Shown in pieces: positions 39,130-49,367 of a stretch of 64,000 nucleotides of DNA. This DNA comes from Candidatus Hydrogenedentota bacterium (GTDB taxonomy: Bacteria > Hydrogenedentota > Hydrogenedentia > Hydrogenedentales > SLHB01). Under the pieces are notes generated by a model. It saw nothing but the letters and a program-made list of their open reading frames with translations, ran no database searches and was not told the origin of the DNA. The stretch lies in assembly GCA_963668025.2 (NCBI GenBank), contig CAXXTH010000013.1, positions 23,038 to 87,037 of the forward strand. The letters are read 5' to 3'. Numbering within the stretch: the stretch's first letter is position 1; the number at the start of each line of letters is the position of its first letter. Both the position numbers and the translations under genes were made by a program.

Positions 39130-39825
39130 ATGATTCAAAACATACAGGCTATCGCTGCCGTTCTTTTCGATTTAGATGGCGTGGTTGTAAGCTCAGATGA
39201 ATATCACTACCGTGCTTGGAAGCGCCTTGCGGATGAAGAAGGATGGCAATTTGATGAGGTGGTGAATCGAAAGCTACGTGGCATATCACGCTTGGGCTCG
39301 CTTCAGGCTATTTTAGATCACAATGGCATAGATGATCTTACGGACGAAGAAAAGGTGGCATTCGCATCGCGGAAGAATGGCTATTATGTTGCTTCTTTGC
39401 AGCGTATAGATGAACGCGCCCTGCTGGATGGTGCGGTCGATTTACTTGCCGCGCTTCAACAGCGAGGCGTCCGGATGGCTTTATGCTCCGCCAGCCGCAA
39501 TGCCATGCTCATCTTGGATAACCTGAATTTGACCCGGTTTTTTGATGCCGTCGTGACGGGTGCGGACGTATCTCGATCAAAACCGGATCCGGAAATTTTC
39601 TTGCTGGCGGCGCAGCGGCTCGGAGTTCTTCCCGGGCAATGCATCGTGTTTGAAGATGCGGCTGCGGGGATAGATGCCGCCCAAGCAGCAGGCATGCGCC
39701 ATGTAGGCGTCGGCCCTATCGACCGTCTTCCAAACGCGTATCAAATTGTAGAAGACTATGCCGCTATTGATATTGATCATCTGATCGCAACGGGTTTTAT
39801 ATCCGAAGCTGTCTGCCGCTATTAA
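39130..39825 (+). CDS. pgmB: Beta-phosphoglucomutase (HAD family)
   Basis: FDLDGVV..EYHYRAWK, LRGISR, SASRNA, KPDPEIF and VFEDA motifs; a GH65 gene is in the same locus. Confidence 0.88.
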   Translation: MIQNIQAIAAVLFDLDGVVVSSDEYHYRAWKRLADEEGWQFDEVVNRKLRGISRLGSLQAILDHNGIDDLTDEEKVAFASRKNGYYVASLQRIDERALLDGAVDLLAALQQRGVRMALCSASRNAMLILDNLNLTRFFDAVVTGADVSRSKPDPEIFLLAAQRLGVLPGQCIVFEDAAAGIDAAQAAGMRHVGVGPIDRLPNAYQIVEDYAAIDIDHLIATGFISEAVCRY

Positions 39826-39840
39826 GCGTTGGAGATTGCC

Positions 39841-40905
39841 ATGACGCCGCGAGAACGGATCGTTACCGCTCTTGATTTTAAGAAAACGGACCGCATTCCA
39901 CGCTATGAAATCTTTTTTCCGGATTTTATAGACTCGTGGCGAAAAACCGTTGTTGAGGATGCGCGCCCCGATATTTACGAACATTATTCCAGAATTGATA
40001 TTGGGGGCGTGCTTGCCACACAGGAAGGCCCATTTCTAAATAAAACGTATGAGGAAGAATTGGGTGGCGGAAAATATTTGGTTCGAGATAGCTGGGGACG
40101 CCTCAAGCGGGGAAGCCATAACGGCATGTTGTTTGAAGTGCTGGAAACTGCGGTATCCGCGCGTGATGCGCTAGATTCCGTTGTCTTTGAAGATCCAAAT
40201 GGCCTTGCCCGATATGAGGAGATCGCGCGAGGTGAACAAGAGATTCAAGGCCGTTTTGCGCCCGTATGTGGAACGATGGGCCTGTTTATGCCTTCCTACT
40301 ATTTGCGCGGGGAGTTTAATTTTTTTATTGACTTGATGGAGGATGAAGTTTTCTGCCGCGCGCTGGTGGAAAAAGTGGCCGCGTTTATAACGGAAGTAGG
40401 CCGAAACGCATTAGAAAAAACCAATACCTGGGATACGGCCATTTGGGTGTATGATGAACTGGCTAACGCCGCTTCACCGCTCATTTCGCCCGATACTTTC
40501 GAACGGATCTTTTTACCTTCTTACCGCCACATGATATCGAAGTGGCGCGCGCTTGGCGCCCAGCATGTCATTTTACACTGCGACGGCAATTGCACACCTT
40601 TGCTGGATATGCTCATTGATGCCGGATTCACGGGCATTCAAGGCGCTTATTCCTCCACGGGAATGAACCTGCCCGCACTCAAATCTAAGTATGGAAATCG
40701 ACTGGCTTTCGTAGGCGGGATGTGTAATACGAGAGTGCTGGCGCAAGGAACCCGGCGTGAAATCGAGACGCAAGCCCATGCCATCGCGGAATGCGGGAGA
40801 GACGGCGGAGTCATAATAGGCGCGCATTCTATCGATGCCGATATACCTGTTGAGAATTATGATTACTACTATGAAACGTTGAATCGCCTTGATGCAGCGT
40901 GGTGA
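39841..40905 (+). CDS. Uroporphyrinogen decarboxylase/MtaA-CmuA-fold protein
   Basis: MTPRERIVTAL..DRIP, ISPDTF, LHCDGN, GGVIIGAHSI..PVEN motifs. Confidence 0.85.
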   Translation: MTPRERIVTALDFKKTDRIPRYEIFFPDFIDSWRKTVVEDARPDIYEHYSRIDIGGVLATQEGPFLNKTYEEELGGGKYLVRDSWGRLKRGSHNGMLFEVLETAVSARDALDSVVFEDPNGLARYEEIARGEQEIQGRFAPVCGTMGLFMPSYYLRGEFNFFIDLMEDEVFCRALVEKVAAFITEVGRNALEKTNTWDTAIWVYDELANAASPLISPDTFERIFLPSYRHMISKWRALGAQHVILHCDGNCTPLLDMLIDAGFTGIQGAYSSTGMNLPALKSKYGNRLAFVGGMCNTRVLAQGTRREIETQAHAIAECGRDGGVIIGAHSIDADIPVENYDYYYETLNRLDAAW

Positions 40906-40936
40906 ACGGTTTAGATTTGATAGAGGTGGATGAACG

Positions 40937-41962
40937 GTGTGGTGGTACACCCAATCTAATTTGCCGCTGGCCAGTCCTATAGTCATTAATTTCATGCCCT
41001 CGTGGTGGAATTACGAATACGGATTGTGTTTTGGAAGCCGTATTTTTTACGATTGGGCATACCGCGCACAGCTTTCGCGTGACATGGGTCGGCTCATGCA
41101 TGAACGGTTGGGCGATGCCGGGCTTGGAGAAGCGGACCCTAAGTTATCTTATTTTTGTGATGATCTTAATAATGCCACGCTGCCAGCAGCCTTGGGGTGT
41201 GAAGTCGTTTATGCGGAAAATGCATATCCGGAATCGCTTCCATTGCCGTATGAAGATGCTTGCAAGCTCCGTATGCCGGAGGATCTTTGCAGCCAGTTTC
41301 CCATGCGGGAGATAATCCGGCAGGCCCATGAAATGAGCGCCAAGGCGGGAGCCGCCATTTTGCCCTCGTGGACATGCATGGGAGTACAGAATATCGCATT
41401 AAAAGTTCGTGGTTGCGATCTGTTCACGGATTATTATGCGGAGCCCGAATTGGCGAAACATCTGCTTGAGATATCCGCACAGTGTATGGAAAAGTCTGTG
41501 GAGTATTTTGACGCAACCGGAATGAAAGAGTCTCTTCTTTCCAATCAAAACTGCGCAGTCCCATTATGTGGTGAAGGTATTTATAGGGATTTTTTGCTTG
41601 CCTATGATCAGCAGCTTTTGAGGTTTGCGCAGAAAATGGGCTGGAAATACCATATCCACCATTGTGGGAACTTTGATCAGTATGCCGAAGTGTATAAGGA
41701 AGTCGGGCCAGTCCCTGCTTTTGATATCGGAATGGAATCCCAATTGCGCTTAGCGCTTGATACTTGGCCGCAAGCTTCCATCAATGCTTTTGTGAGTTGT
41801 TTCCTTGTGCGGGAAGCATCCGCGAATACCATCCGAGATTACATGCGCTCACAAGTCGATGCTGCGGGCGGTGACTTACATCGCGTCACCTTTGTGCTCT
41901 CCGATCTAGACTATGGAACCCCTGATGAGAACATCCGTGCAGTAATCGAGGGATTGCTGTAA
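40937..41962 (+). CDS. URO-D-fold protein (divergent)
   Basis: VRGCDLFTDYY..P, HIHHCG and GTPDENIRA motifs; GTG start. Confidence 0.7.
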   Translation: MWWYTQSNLPLASPIVINFMPSWWNYEYGLCFGSRIFYDWAYRAQLSRDMGRLMHERLGDAGLGEADPKLSYFCDDLNNATLPAALGCEVVYAENAYPESLPLPYEDACKLRMPEDLCSQFPMREIIRQAHEMSAKAGAAILPSWTCMGVQNIALKVRGCDLFTDYYAEPELAKHLLEISAQCMEKSVEYFDATGMKESLLSNQNCAVPLCGEGIYRDFLLAYDQQLLRFAQKMGWKYHIHHCGNFDQYAEVYKEVGPVPAFDIGMESQLRLALDTWPQASINAFVSCFLVREASANTIRDYMRSQVDAAGGDLHRVTFVLSDLDYGTPDENIRAVIEGLL

Positions 41963-42003
41963 CATACACACATGTCAAACTAAAAAAAAGAAATACCGGG
42001 GAG

Positions 42004-43161
42004 ATGAAAATGAGAAATGGTAAACTGAAAATTGCTGTTGCTGGCCTAAGTTTCGGTTCCGCGTTTGTCCCGATATGGTGTAAGCATCCGGATGTCTACT
42101 CCGTTGACATCATTGATGCAAATGCGGAGGTACTAAAATCTTTTCTTGATCAAACGAAGAGTTCGCTTCCGATCAATAAGTGCTGGACTTCTCTTGAAGA
42201 ATCCCTCAAAGATGAAACAATTGATGCTGTTCACCTTGTAACTCCCATTCCGATCCATGCAGAGCAGAGCATCAAAGTCATGAAGATGGGCAAGCATTGC
42301 GCATGCACAGTACCGGCTGCGACTTCGCTCGATGATCTTTTTGCGCTTGTCGAAACACAGCGTGAGACCGGAATGAATTACATGATGATGGAGACCGCAG
42401 TCTATACTTTCCAGTATTTGAAAGCTAAAAGAGAATATCAAAAAGGCACGTTTGGCGAGCTTCAGTTGCTTAGGGGAAATCATTATCAAGATATGGAGAA
42501 TTGGCCGCCCTACTGGAATGGACTTCCGCCAATGCACTATGCAACGCATGCTATTTCCCCACTGCTCGATATAACCAAATGCCGGGCAGAAAAGGTTCAT
42601 TGTTTCGGCTCCGGAAAGATGCGTGCGGAACTTGTCCAACAATACAATAATCCATATCCGGCAGCAACGGCTATTTTCCGTCTCGACGGGCATCCCGCTG
42701 CGCTGGAGGTCACCAGAACGCTTTTTGAAACAGCGCGCGAGTACTGCGAAGGTTTCTTTTTATATGGTACGAAAGCCACTTTGGAATGGAATTTCTACTC
42801 GGAGTCCGAACACTTAAGAATTCAAAAACTGATTAAGAGAGGAGATGGCGGGCGAGGCTTTCTGAATGAGATCGAGCCTTTCGCAATTGAAGACAACGGT
42901 TTTATGCTTCCACCAGAAATCGGAAGATTCACGTGCCAAGGAAATTATGACGACACCAATCCGCAGAATACATTTCTTGCAGGCGGCGGGCATCACGGAG
43001 CACATCCGCATCTCGTTCATGAATTTGCACGAAGCATTATCGAGAATCGGAAGCCCGCGATTGATGCTGTCACTGCAGCAAATTGGACTGGCGCTGGGAT
43101 TTGCGCTCATCTTTCCGCTTTGAAGGATGGTGAGACTGTACAGATCCCGGAGTTTGATTGA
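42004..43161 (+). CDS. Gfo/Idh/MocA NAD(P)-dependent oxidoreductase
   Basis: IAVAGLSFG, DAVHLVTP..H, GKHCACTVP, HYATHA and GGHHGAHPHLVHEF motifs. Confidence 0.88.
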   Translation: MKMRNGKLKIAVAGLSFGSAFVPIWCKHPDVYSVDIIDANAEVLKSFLDQTKSSLPINKCWTSLEESLKDETIDAVHLVTPIPIHAEQSIKVMKMGKHCACTVPAATSLDDLFALVETQRETGMNYMMMETAVYTFQYLKAKREYQKGTFGELQLLRGNHYQDMENWPPYWNGLPPMHYATHAISPLLDITKCRAEKVHCFGSGKMRAELVQQYNNPYPAATAIFRLDGHPAALEVTRTLFETAREYCEGFFLYGTKATLEWNFYSESEHLRIQKLIKRGDGGRGFLNEIEPFAIEDNGFMLPPEIGRFTCQGNYDDTNPQNTFLAGGGHHGAHPHLVHEFARSIIENRKPAIDAVTAANWTGAGICAHLSALKDGETVQIPEFD

Positions 43162-43258
43162 GCCTTATTCCATAAAATGGGAGCATCAAGCATGTTCACG
43201 TTTCCGTCCATATAACACGATGGCATGTATTAAATGTTTAATTGAAAGGAATTTCATC

Positions 43259-44467
43259 ATGAAAACCTACCAAATAGGGTTCATCGGGTGTGGGGCCCGA
43301 AGCATTGCTTACGCCACGTTTTATGCGGAAGCGGATGATATTCAAGTGGCCGGTATCTCCGATCCGATGCCTCGCCAGCGTACGGTTCTCAAACGAGAAT
43401 GCTCCTTGCCTGTAGATACGCCTGAATATGATGATTGGCGCGATCTTCTGGATGCGCACCCGGCTCTAGACGGCGTTGTCATCAGCTCGCCTACGCAGTA
43501 CCATGTCGAACAGGCGATTGCCTGCTTTGAACGGGGTTTGCCGGTTGCCTTGGAAAAACCCCTAGCCGTGAATAAAGCGGAGTGTGAACGGCTCTTGGAC
43601 GCCCAGCGCACCCTAAATGGCAGAAGCCTGATAGGTTTTGTACTCCGTTCGACGCCGTACTTCTCGAGAATCCAACAGCTCATCGCGGAAGGCCGTGTTG
43701 GACGGGTATTGAGCGTTCAAGCAGATGAACTGCCTGGCTGGTTTGTAACTTCCGTCATGTGCAGGAGTCCATGGAGGCGTTATGCGGCGTCGAGCGGCGG
43801 CTCGATGCTCGAGAAATCGTGCCATGATATGGATATGCTCAATTGGCTTATTGGTTCGAAGCCCGTAGCCATTCATTCTTTTGGAAATCGTCTTTTGTTT
43901 AACGCCAATCCAGAGCTCCCGGACACCTGTCCCGGATGCCGTGTCGCGGATACATGCAAATATTACCAATCCCCTTCTGTCACGCACGAGAAAGGCGAAG
44001 GCATTTATGCGTTCCAGCGCGAAGAGCTGCGCTGCATTTACAATATCGATAAAGATGTCATGGATACGCAATGTGTTTCTCTCGAGTATGAGAATGGAGC
44101 CATCGCGAATTTCATGCTCAATTTCCACTCCTCAGGGAAACGCTCTGGACGAAATATTCACATCATAGGAACGAAGGGGCGGATATGGGGAAATATGGAG
44201 CTGAATGAGATCGGCGTCTTTGATGATCAGACGGAGCAAGTGGAAGAAATCTCCATTGCGACTGATGGAACGGGGCATGGCGGCGGAGATAAAAAACACG
44301 CACTTATACTGAAGCAAATGATGGCGGAGCCTTCGTACCGTCCTGGGCAAGAAGCGAAGTCTGGATATCTAAGCGCAGTCATGTGTTTCGCCGCGGATTT
44401 GTCTGTGGCCGAACGCAGGCGAATAGCTTTCCGCTACCGCGATGATGGATATATTGATTTGGTGTAG
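43259..44467 (+). CDS. Gfo/Idh/MocA NAD(P)-dependent oxidoreductase
   Basis: IGFIGCGAR, LEKP, EKSCHDMD and GHGGGD motifs. RBS aaagga before ATG 43259. Confidence 0.9.
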   Translation: MKTYQIGFIGCGARSIAYATFYAEADDIQVAGISDPMPRQRTVLKRECSLPVDTPEYDDWRDLLDAHPALDGVVISSPTQYHVEQAIACFERGLPVALEKPLAVNKAECERLLDAQRTLNGRSLIGFVLRSTPYFSRIQQLIAEGRVGRVLSVQADELPGWFVTSVMCRSPWRRYAASSGGSMLEKSCHDMDMLNWLIGSKPVAIHSFGNRLLFNANPELPDTCPGCRVADTCKYYQSPSVTHEKGEGIYAFQREELRCIYNIDKDVMDTQCVSLEYENGAIANFMLNFHSSGKRSGRNIHIIGTKGRIWGNMELNEIGVFDDQTEQVEEISIATDGTGHGGGDKKHALILKQMMAEPSYRPGQEAKSGYLSAVMCFAADLSVAERRRIAFRYRDDGYIDLV

Positions 44468-44489
44468 GTGTGTACTGCGATAAAATGCG

Positions 44490-44516
44490 GCTGGCGGGCG
44501 TTTTCTACCCGCCAGC
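44490..44516 (+). terminator. Stem-loop after the oxidoreductase gene
   Basis: gctggcggg / cccgccagc 9-bp stem, 23 nt after the stop codon. Confidence 0.5.
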
Positions 44517-44908
44517 AATGATCTTGAGCACGCATAAAACTTAACTATACATCATGTCCAGAAACCTAGGATGAATCCCATATCGATCCGTTTAAGTGAT
44601 TCAAAGTTAGCTATCATGGATTTGAGGAAAAATGTAAAATCCATGCACTCCATCTATTAAGCAGAATATCCGATATGGGAACATCCCTCACCAGAAAGCT
44701 TGATATTTGCGCCGCTTCGTTCCGCCATTAATTGGGCGGCATGAAGTGCGTTGCTAGGCGAATTGATCTAGGTTAAATCCTTTAAAATCTTTGGCTATTT
44801 CCTCTATTTACTTATGCATGGCTTCTTGGATTTAGAAATAGTGCATTTGTTTTTTTACTGGCGGACGCGGTTCATGAAAAGACGTGTAAAGGCGGTCGAA
44901 AAATGTGC

Positions 44909-44936
44909 TTGACTTTATCAAAATTTATGTTATACT
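44909..44936 (+). promoter_or_regulatory. sigma70 promoter upstream of the tandem DUF1559 genes
   Basis: TTGACT, 16-bp spacer ending TGT, TATACT; same architecture as the promoter at 30366. Confidence 0.65.
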
Positions 44937-45165
44937 AACTCCATCAGTTTGGATGAGATTCTAGAGATAGTTTTTAGTCCAGTTGAATCAGGCCAGATTA
45001 TCGATCCCGAAAAGCACCGTTTATAAATAGGCATGAGCAGAAATACCGAGATGGTTTCCACGATGAAGGCGGAAGTGATTCTTAGGCTTAAAAAGATATG
45101 TTGCGATATAGATTATGGCGATATGGCATTATGGCTGCTTCAGAAGGAAGCAAAGGGAGGCTCTC

Positions 45166-46248
45166 ATGAAGAAGAATGGTTTCACGCTAATTGAGCTGCT
45201 TGTGGTCATTGCAATTATTGCTATTCTAGCGGCGATTTTGCTGCCTGCGCTGGCGCGTGCGCGGGAAGCGGCGCGCAGGGCGAGTTGCGCCAGCAACCTG
45301 AAGCAATGGGGTATTATCTTCAAGATGTATGCCGGAGAAAACAAAGGATTGTTTCCTGGACGTTCCCATTATCCGGTGTATCAGAATGATGTGATCATGT
45401 CATTAGATTCCGCCGGACTCTATCCGGATTATTGGAACGATCCGGCGATTGTGGTTTGTCCGTCAGACGCCCATGGCGACTACATGGGGACGGCATATGG
45501 GATCGAGAGCGATTATGTGGCGCAAATCAAACGGATCGCCGCCAAAGCGCCCACGGATGCACAAAAGGTATGTTTGCAGACAAAGCTTGGATGGCCAGTA
45601 TCCTATGTGTACACCTCTCATCTGATGCGGACAGCCAGTGAAATGTGCGTTGTAGAAGGTGTTTCGCTCATGGCGTCTTGGGTTTGGGCCGGCACTTGGT
45701 CGGATGATTGGGAATCACGCCAATCCCAATTAACCGCTGTTGATTCCACCTGCATTTTTAGCCGGGGCAATTTTAAAATTGCAACGGGAACGGTTATTGG
45801 CCAGGATGATTACTCTGGTTCATCCGTGTTCACTTGGATGCTGGATTACACGAATGATGACGGGAGCAAGCTTCCCACTTCATACCCCCGCCTCCGCGAA
45901 GGAGTGGAGCGTTTCCTCATTACGGATATTAATAATCCCGCCAGCGGTTCGGTTGGCCAGAGCACGATACCCGTCATGTGGGATGCATGGTCAAATGGAA
46001 TTAACTGGTTTACCGGAATTGTGAATACAGGTGATTCCGGTATTACTCGATACAATCATGTTCCAGGCGGAAGCAACATTCTGTATATGGATGGCCATGT
46101 TGAATTTAAGCGGCAAGGCACCGGATTTCCGGTAACGGATGTGGAGGAATTGCCTCTAACAAGCTTGGCGGGTATGAAAGCCATCGCTGGCAACTACAAG
46201 CTTACCAATTATGAGCAATATTTAGCGTACTCGGGTGGAATGGGATAA
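45166..46248 (+). CDS. DUF1559 prepilin-type protein (tandem copy 1)
   Basis: RBS gggagg; MKKNG|FTLIELLVV; C-terminal [16 protein letters not shown]; 360 aa from ATG 45166. Confidence 0.92.
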   Translation: MKKNGFTLIELLVVIAIIAILAAILLPALARAREAARRASCASNLKQWGIIFKMYAGENKGLFPGRSHYPVYQNDVIMSLDSAGLYPDYWNDPAIVVCPSDAHGDYMGTAYGIESDYVAQIKRIAAKAPTDAQKVCLQTKLGWPVSYVYTSHLMRTASEMCVVEGVSLMASWVWAGTWSDDWESRQSQLTAVDSTCIFSRGNFKIATGTVIGQDDYSGSSVFTWMLDYTNDDGSKLPTSYPRLREGVERFLITDINNPASGSVGQSTIPVMWDAWSNGINWFTGIVNTGDSGITRYNHVPGGSNILYMDGHVEFKRQGTGFPVTDVEELPLTSLAGMKAIAGNYKLTNYEQYLAYSGGMG

Positions 46249-46401
46249 AGGCCTTAGGGAAATGCGCAACTAAATAGAACGGTTCAGCAAAAACAAAGGA
46301 ACTTATTATAAACATCACAACAAGGCACAAAGGTATAAATAGGTATAATATATAATATATGTGGAAGTAACTGTTTCACAAAGAAGCAAAAGGAGGCTAT
46401 C

Positions 46402-47484
46402 ATGAGGAAAAAAGGTTTCACGCTGATTGAGCTGCTTGTGGTTATTGCAATCATTGCTATTCTAGCGGCGATTCTACTGCCAGCTTTAGCGCGTGCCCGG
46501 GAAGCGGCGCGCAGGGCGAGTTGCGCCAGCAACCTGAAGCAATGGGGAATTATCGTTAAGATGTATGCTGGAGAGAACAAAGGATTGTTTCCAGGACGTA
46601 CACACTATCCGGTGTATGAAAATGACGTTATTATGTCTCTAGATTCGGCTGGGCTTTATCCCGATTATTGGAATGATCCGGCCATTTCCGTTTGCCCATC
46701 CGATCCGCATGGTGACTATATGGGAATAAACTATGGCATCGAGAGCGATTATGTGGCGCAAATTAAGCGTATTGCAGTGAAATCACCGACGGATGCGCAA
46801 AAGGTTTGCCTTCAGACGAAACTTGGATGGCCTGTATCGTATGTGTATTCCTCGCATTTGATGCGGACCGCCAGTGAAATGTGTGTAGTGGAAGGCGTTT
46901 CGCTCATGGCGTCTTGGGTATGGGACGGCGCTTGGAGTGATAATTGGGAATCACGCCAATCCCAATTAACGGCTGTTGATTCCACCTGCATTTTCAGCCG
47001 CGGCAATTTCAAAATGTCAACGGGAACGGTTATTGGCCAGGATGATTACTCCGGTTCATCCGTGTTTACGTGGATGTTGGGTTATACGAATGATGACGGC
47101 AGCAAACTGCCCACTTCTTACCCTCGCTTACGCGAAGGGGTGGAGCGTTTCCTCATTACGGATATTAATAATCCCGCCAGCGGTTCTGTTGGGCAGAGCA
47201 CGATACCCGTCATGTGGGATGCTTGGTCAAATGGGCTCAATTGGTTTACTGGTATTGTGAATTCGGCCGATACCGGGATTACCCGGTACAATCACGTTCC
47301 AGGCGGAAGCAATATTCTTTATATGGATGGCCATGTAGAGTTCAAGAGGCAGGGAAGTGGATTTCCTGTAACTGATGTAGAGGAGTTGCCTGCGTCAAGC
47401 TTGGCTGGCTTGCCCATCACCGGAGGCAACTACAAATTCAAGAATTATGAACAATATTTGGCAGCTTCCGGTGGAATGGGATGA
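46402..47484 (+). CDS. DUF1559 prepilin-type protein (tandem copy 2)
   Basis: RBS aggagg; MRKKG|FTLIELLVV; 360 aa, about 91% identical to copy 1 by manual count. Confidence 0.92.
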   Translation: MRKKGFTLIELLVVIAIIAILAAILLPALARAREAARRASCASNLKQWGIIVKMYAGENKGLFPGRTHYPVYENDVIMSLDSAGLYPDYWNDPAISVCPSDPHGDYMGINYGIESDYVAQIKRIAVKSPTDAQKVCLQTKLGWPVSYVYSSHLMRTASEMCVVEGVSLMASWVWDGAWSDNWESRQSQLTAVDSTCIFSRGNFKMSTGTVIGQDDYSGSSVFTWMLGYTNDDGSKLPTSYPRLREGVERFLITDINNPASGSVGQSTIPVMWDAWSNGLNWFTGIVNSADTGITRYNHVPGGSNILYMDGHVEFKRQGSGFPVTDVEELPASSLAGLPITGGNYKFKNYEQYLAASGGMG

Positions 47485-47550
47485 AGGCCTGGAGAAAAGC
47501 GTGCAAGATGATAGATGCTTTCATCGTAAACAAAGAAATGGAGAACAAGC

Positions 47551-47895
47551 ATGCCGTCAGGACGTAAGGTTGTTCTTAATGGGTTAGTTCCCGTATTAAT
47601 CCTCTTTCTAGTGTCAGCCGTATTGGGATGTGGCGCCAAATCATCGCTAAGCAACGATTCGGCGGGAACCGCAGAACAATTAGTCAACACTTCGTGGACG
47701 ACAGGCCAAGGGACTCTACAGTTTAAGGCGCAAGGGAAAGTCTCTTTTCAGTCGGGCGGGAACGCGAGTGAGGGGACATATTTGGTTTCGCCTGATGGAG
47801 TGGTCCGTATTTTCGGTGTTGCGCCTATGCCTATGGCCGGCACTTGGGATGGGACAACACTGACTTTAATGGGGCAAAAGCTTACACGTGAATAG
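47551..47895 (+). CDS. Small lipoprotein
   Basis: Signal peptide with lipobox VLGC; beta-rich mature part; RBS ggag. Confidence 0.7.
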   Translation: MPSGRKVVLNGLVPVLILFLVSAVLGCGAKSSLSNDSAGTAEQLVNTSWTTGQGTLQFKAQGKVSFQSGGNASEGTYLVSPDGVVRIFGVAPMPMAGTWDGTTLTLMGQKLTRE

Positions 47896-47968
47896 GAAAA
47901 TGCTGCAGGCAGTTGTGTTGTCCGGCATATATTGAAAGCTGCAACGGTGAATAAGAAGGAGCCTAAGC

Positions 47969-49138
47969 ATGGGATATCTTACTAGAGAAGAGAGGGATCG
48001 CCGCCTGGAACAGGTTCGCGCCATTATGAATGCCAAGGATCTCGATCTGATTCTGGTGTATTACGATGAATTTAACATCGGTAATGGCTGGTACCTAACG
48101 GGATGGTGTCCGCAATTTGAAAGTGGAGCCGTTTTGGTTCCCCGAGTAGGAGAGCCGATGCTGTTAGGGGGGCCGGAAAGTGAGCCTTTTGCCCTGCAGG
48201 ATAGCGCGATTACGGAGACGCGGAATTTTTCCGTTTTCATGGTGCCAGACGAAGAATACCCGAATGCGGTAATCATCAGTTTCGTGCAGTTGTTTGAAGA
48301 ACTCTTAGGGAAGGGCGTTCCCGTCCGCCGTGTAGGCTTGGTGGGCGAGGGGCGCATGCCAGCAGAGTGCCATCGCCAGCTTCGTGAAGGATTCAAAGGC
48401 GTAGATGTCGTGGACATCACGGAAGATTACGTGAGCCTGCGCTATAATAAATCCTCATGGGAGCTGGAGCAAATCCGTGCAGCGTTCGCTTTGGCGGATC
48501 TTTCGTATGACGCCATGAAAGCGAAAATCGCTCCTGGCGTGTCAGAGATCGAGGTGGCGGCGGCGGGAGAGTATGTTGCTCGCAGCCATGGCGCTGTTGG
48601 GTATGGATTTGCTACCATTGTTGGTTCAGGGCCTCGCGCCCAGGCGGTAGTGCCAACGGCGACATCGAAAACACTGGCGGCGGATGAATTGGTCATGATA
48701 GGCATTGCTCCTAAGGTCCGGGGGTATGCGGGCGTGGTTGGCGATCTGTTGCCAGTCTCCGAAAAAGCTTCCGCTACACATAAGGAATGCTTCCAGCATC
48801 TAAAGGAAGTTTTCCGTCTCACCAAAGAACAGCTGGTTCCGGGAAAATGCGGAAAAGAGATAGATGCCCCTGGCCGCGCGTATTTCGAGAAGCATGGCTT
48901 AATGCGTTATCTAGTATGTCCTTTCGCGCATACGATTGGCCTGCATGAAGCGGAAGCTCCTTTCTTTGGCCCGAACAGCAATGATGTGCTCAAACCAGGC
49001 ATGGCTGTTTGTGTGGATGTGAGTTTCTTTGGCCATCCGAAGTGGAATGGCGCCCGCATTGAAACAGGATATGAAATCACCGCGAATGGAGCGGCGCCGT
49101 TCAGTGCGAAGATGGACCGGTTTTTCATAGAAGGCTAA
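47969..49138 (+). CDS. M24 (Xaa-Pro peptidase/creatinase) fold protein
   Basis: Creatinase_N-like start (RLEQVRAIM..WYLTG), PGVSEIE, IVGSG, HTIGL and GARIE motifs. Confidence 0.85.
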   Translation: MGYLTREERDRRLEQVRAIMNAKDLDLILVYYDEFNIGNGWYLTGWCPQFESGAVLVPRVGEPMLLGGPESEPFALQDSAITETRNFSVFMVPDEEYPNAVIISFVQLFEELLGKGVPVRRVGLVGEGRMPAECHRQLREGFKGVDVVDITEDYVSLRYNKSSWELEQIRAAFALADLSYDAMKAKIAPGVSEIEVAAAGEYVARSHGAVGYGFATIVGSGPRAQAVVPTATSKTLAADELVMIGIAPKVRGYAGVVGDLLPVSEKASATHKECFQHLKEVFRLTKEQLVPGKCGKEIDAPGRAYFEKHGLMRYLVCPFAHTIGLHEAEAPFFGPNSNDVLKPGMAVCVDVSFFGHPKWNGARIETGYEITANGAAPFSAKMDRFFIEG

Positions 49139-49367
49139 GTTCATAATGAAGAGAAAGCTCCTGCTTTTTCTAGGATTTGCTTGTACACTAAAAAGTTTCT
49201 TGGGGATGTGTCATGCTGGCAGCGGCGAATACGCTGCTGCCAGCTTTTTAATCCGGAAAATGAAGTTGTTTAGTCAGGTTTTACAACTATCCGTGTACCG
49301 GTATGCTTCTCGAATCTCACCACTAAAAAACACATTGTGCTGCGAATGAGGAAGGAATAAAAAGTAC

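Noticed and set aside
45166-47484. DGR template/variable repeat pair
   Set aside because: Differences are spread over all four bases and are mostly synonymous, both copies are full genes, and no reverse transcriptase is in the window.
49146-49349. 67-aa ORF with a signal-peptide-like start
   Set aside because: No RBS or recognisable domain. It could be a remnant, but the support is insufficient.
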